Of a stretch of DNA of 64,000 nt, positions 61,467 to 64,000 are shown piece by piece (positions within the stretch are counted from its first letter, which is position 1; every line of letters starts with the position of its first letter). Location: contig MU006100.1 of NCBI GenBank assembly GCA_010093705.1, positions 408,745 through 472,744 on the forward strand, given 5' to 3'. The notes beneath the pieces are model-generated. The model was not told where the DNA came from, searched no databases, and saw nothing but the letters and a program-made list of their open reading frames with translations. Origin of the DNA: Patellaria atrata CBS 101060 (taxonomy: Eukaryota). The position numbers and the translations under genes are program-made.

Positions 61467-64000
61467 CTTTATGCTTAGAGTCATTGTGAAGATTAAATTA
61501 GAATCAGCAACAAACATAACATCATGGACGGCGGTCCGCTGTTCTTATGGACTCAGTGGCCGGCAAAGCACAGGAAATTGATACGTTCTACACCTATCAG
61601 GATATTAGGAGAATTGCAATTCTAACGAATATAAAGCACTATTCAGTTCTTGTTAGTTATAGGGTCAAACTGCCGGGACTTGGAGAGCCTGAAGTGCAAT
61701 ATACTCGGTCTAGTCAACTTCGACATTAATATCAACGACTGTAACATCCTTCTAGCTAGCCACGAGACCTAATAGGTTTGTACATTGAGACAAGCATTGT
61801 GCACTGACAAGGAAAAGAAGATCGTCCGCTGGGGTTTTGAATAGGGTATCATTGTCGCAGCGATACGGGTTGCATGATATCCATGAGAAGGTCATGGAAA
61901 TTCTTCCGTCTAGAAATTTGCTAAACCCGATAAGGTCCTCGATGCAGTGAGACACAAGTCTTCGAAACTTCTATCGTTTATCTGATGTAAATGATACGTC
62001 CTGTCTGGTGGAATTGTTCACACATCCCACCGAAACAATCCGAGATCCCTGCATCTGATATATTTACTCCACTTCGTTTCACTTACCGAACCTAGGCGAG
62101 CCTGGCAATAATAGGGATTTGACAGGATTATATATAATCGCTTCCTCTTGACAAACGAATAGTAATGAGGGATCTTGATGACCCTCGAGTTGGGAAAAGT
62201 AACATCAGGTAAAGGTACTGTACAAGTTGAAGAGATAAAAGCGAAAAGGCTTGTATTCTACGGCAACAGAAAAGGAGTGTCATGATAAACGAAAGATATC
62301 ATCGAGACATTTATAAGGCATAGACGACGAAAAACTCATAGGACTGAAGAAATGTATTAGGAGAGGATGTGATGAACAGTATGGTATTGAAGGAAGTACG
62401 AGAGCTGCGAAAGGATTCATATGTAAGCTGAGAACCGTGAGATAGAACTCTATGTTGGTGCACATTGGTCATCTAAACTTCTAGAGATAGTAAAAAGTGA
62501 TGCAACCGCGTTGGTTGAGACAAATATGGTCAGACAGAAACAGATGTCATGGTGAGAAAAGATCGGCTTAATCATCGTGCGCTTAGACCATTAATTCTAC
62601 TCGTACTTCCATACAAGGTTCCATTGCGATTGTGACGTTGCTCAGTTCATTTCAGCATCCTATACTTCCTGTCCATTGTAGCGTGATTAAAGTTGAATTA
62701 AACTCTAGAAAATGGTGACTCACTGCAATCGATCCCCTCAATAGCCACGCATGACCGAGCTTCCAACGCCCGTAGTTCTATACACCTAACCTTCCTATTA
62801 CGCAAACTCGTACTTTCATCGGTAGGCCCGGTGAGAAAGATATACAAAGAGACTTGGGCACTTTTCGACCAAAATCTGCTCTATTGGATTATTTGTACGA
62901 TTTCCAAGCGGTCCAGCTACCCTGCACCCCGTCGTTCATCGACAGTACCCGAGCATCTTCATTCGGACTCCTACGGTTGACTTCAAACCCTGAATTACCC
63001 CTTCTATGATATACGGACTGTTCAAGGGATGGACAATCTCAGAAGAGCGTATGTGAGAGCACATCCGCTAAGCTCGATGTCTATACTACTGTTGTCTACA
63101 AAGCACTCGGGATGATGGATGACAGGATCGGAAGTATATCGCTTCTGATCACGGCTAGAAATTGCGTACTGCTAAGAGAAGTGACGTTATACCGTACTCG
63201 GGAAATTTTAGAACTGCAGCATCGAGTCTAGAGCGGCTGTAGTTTTAAGGCGGTTGGCCTTGGACAACACAACGTATTGTTCACGGCTACAGGGGGTCTA
63301 GGAAGTCTTCTTTTTGCAATTGGATATACTCTTAACAGGTTTGCGACATATCGGACGTCGAGCTGACTGCTCTGTCACTTCTACTCGATGATGCTTTTAT
63401 CCATCGTTGTTCATGTTTGCACAGGATGAAGGAGCAGAAGTATGTAAGAGTGACCTCGTTCTCCCCTTTCTTAAGCCTTGCGAGTGGGTCACGTGATCGG
63501 AGAGAAACTATAACTCTGCTACATTTGTCTCCTCTGGAACTGCCTGATTCGGGCTTCGATGTACTGTTCTATTTTAATTACTGTGTCTCAATGTTGCTTT
63601 TCAGTCGATAATTTTTAATTCCAAGATAAACAAGGCTCAGCCTCAGCCATATCTCTTTCTCTGCCTAGATCATCATCAGGTTCACGTCAACAAAATTAGC
63701 CTTGATAATAACCCTAGATCGTCACACAACAAAGCATATAAGTCTTGATTCCGCCTAAGAATATGTATCACGGTTGAAAATCTCATTCAGTTTTTCGCTT
63801 TCATGGACTCATGAAGTACTTTGCTTTGCACTATCACCTGTTGTGAGATAGACAAGAATACTGAGTTCATATTCTCACATTTTCTCTTCAGCTAAGGGGT
63901 TGACCTATTACCGGCCGAATCATGGATCCAGATCATCCTTTAGACTGGAAACTAGAACTACCGGACTTTTCCGAGGAAATCGACTGGGCTACTTGCGGAA

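Noticed and set aside
61500..64000. 2.5-kb ORF-poor end of window
   Set aside because: No repeats, RNA genes or coding relics recognised; probably promoter or intergenic DNA.
1..64000. Starship-type giant element, CRISPR array, rRNA or tRNA genes
   Set aside because: No tyrosine-recombinase captain, regularly spaced repeats or RNA-gene signatures seen; core housekeeping genes are interspersed throughout.

Overview
Eukaryotic DNA from a filamentous ascomycete (Pezizomycotina-type genes with short GT..CTAAC..AG introns), with two 100-N scaffold gaps. Conserved housekeeping genes (ACH1, I9 inhibitor, BMS1, Whi5/Nrm1-like, macrodomain, amino-acid permease, IRC3, RRN5, GCP6-like, EAF7) alternate with accessory stretches. 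These hold a pogo/Fot1 transposase relic interrupted by a solo LTR, a PTH11-like receptor/O-methyltransferase pair, a RING protein, secreted proteins (CBM18+But2-like, heme-thiolate peroxygenase, DUF1996) and several decayed genes. The most notable signal is a three-member, locally expanded family of unannotated genes. All three share an F-box-like LxLPxExRxxIY motif and a C-terminal CxC-x8-C motif. Two members also carry a pentapeptide-repeat (beta-helix-like) region, share an intron position and share an 18-bp upstream motif. Other highlights are a probable mitochondrial-DNA insert in an F-box gene, twin MCB boxes inside a GCP6 intron, and a possible mitochondrial presequence on the I9 inhibitor. 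All family calls are by-eye motif recognition; no database searches were run.
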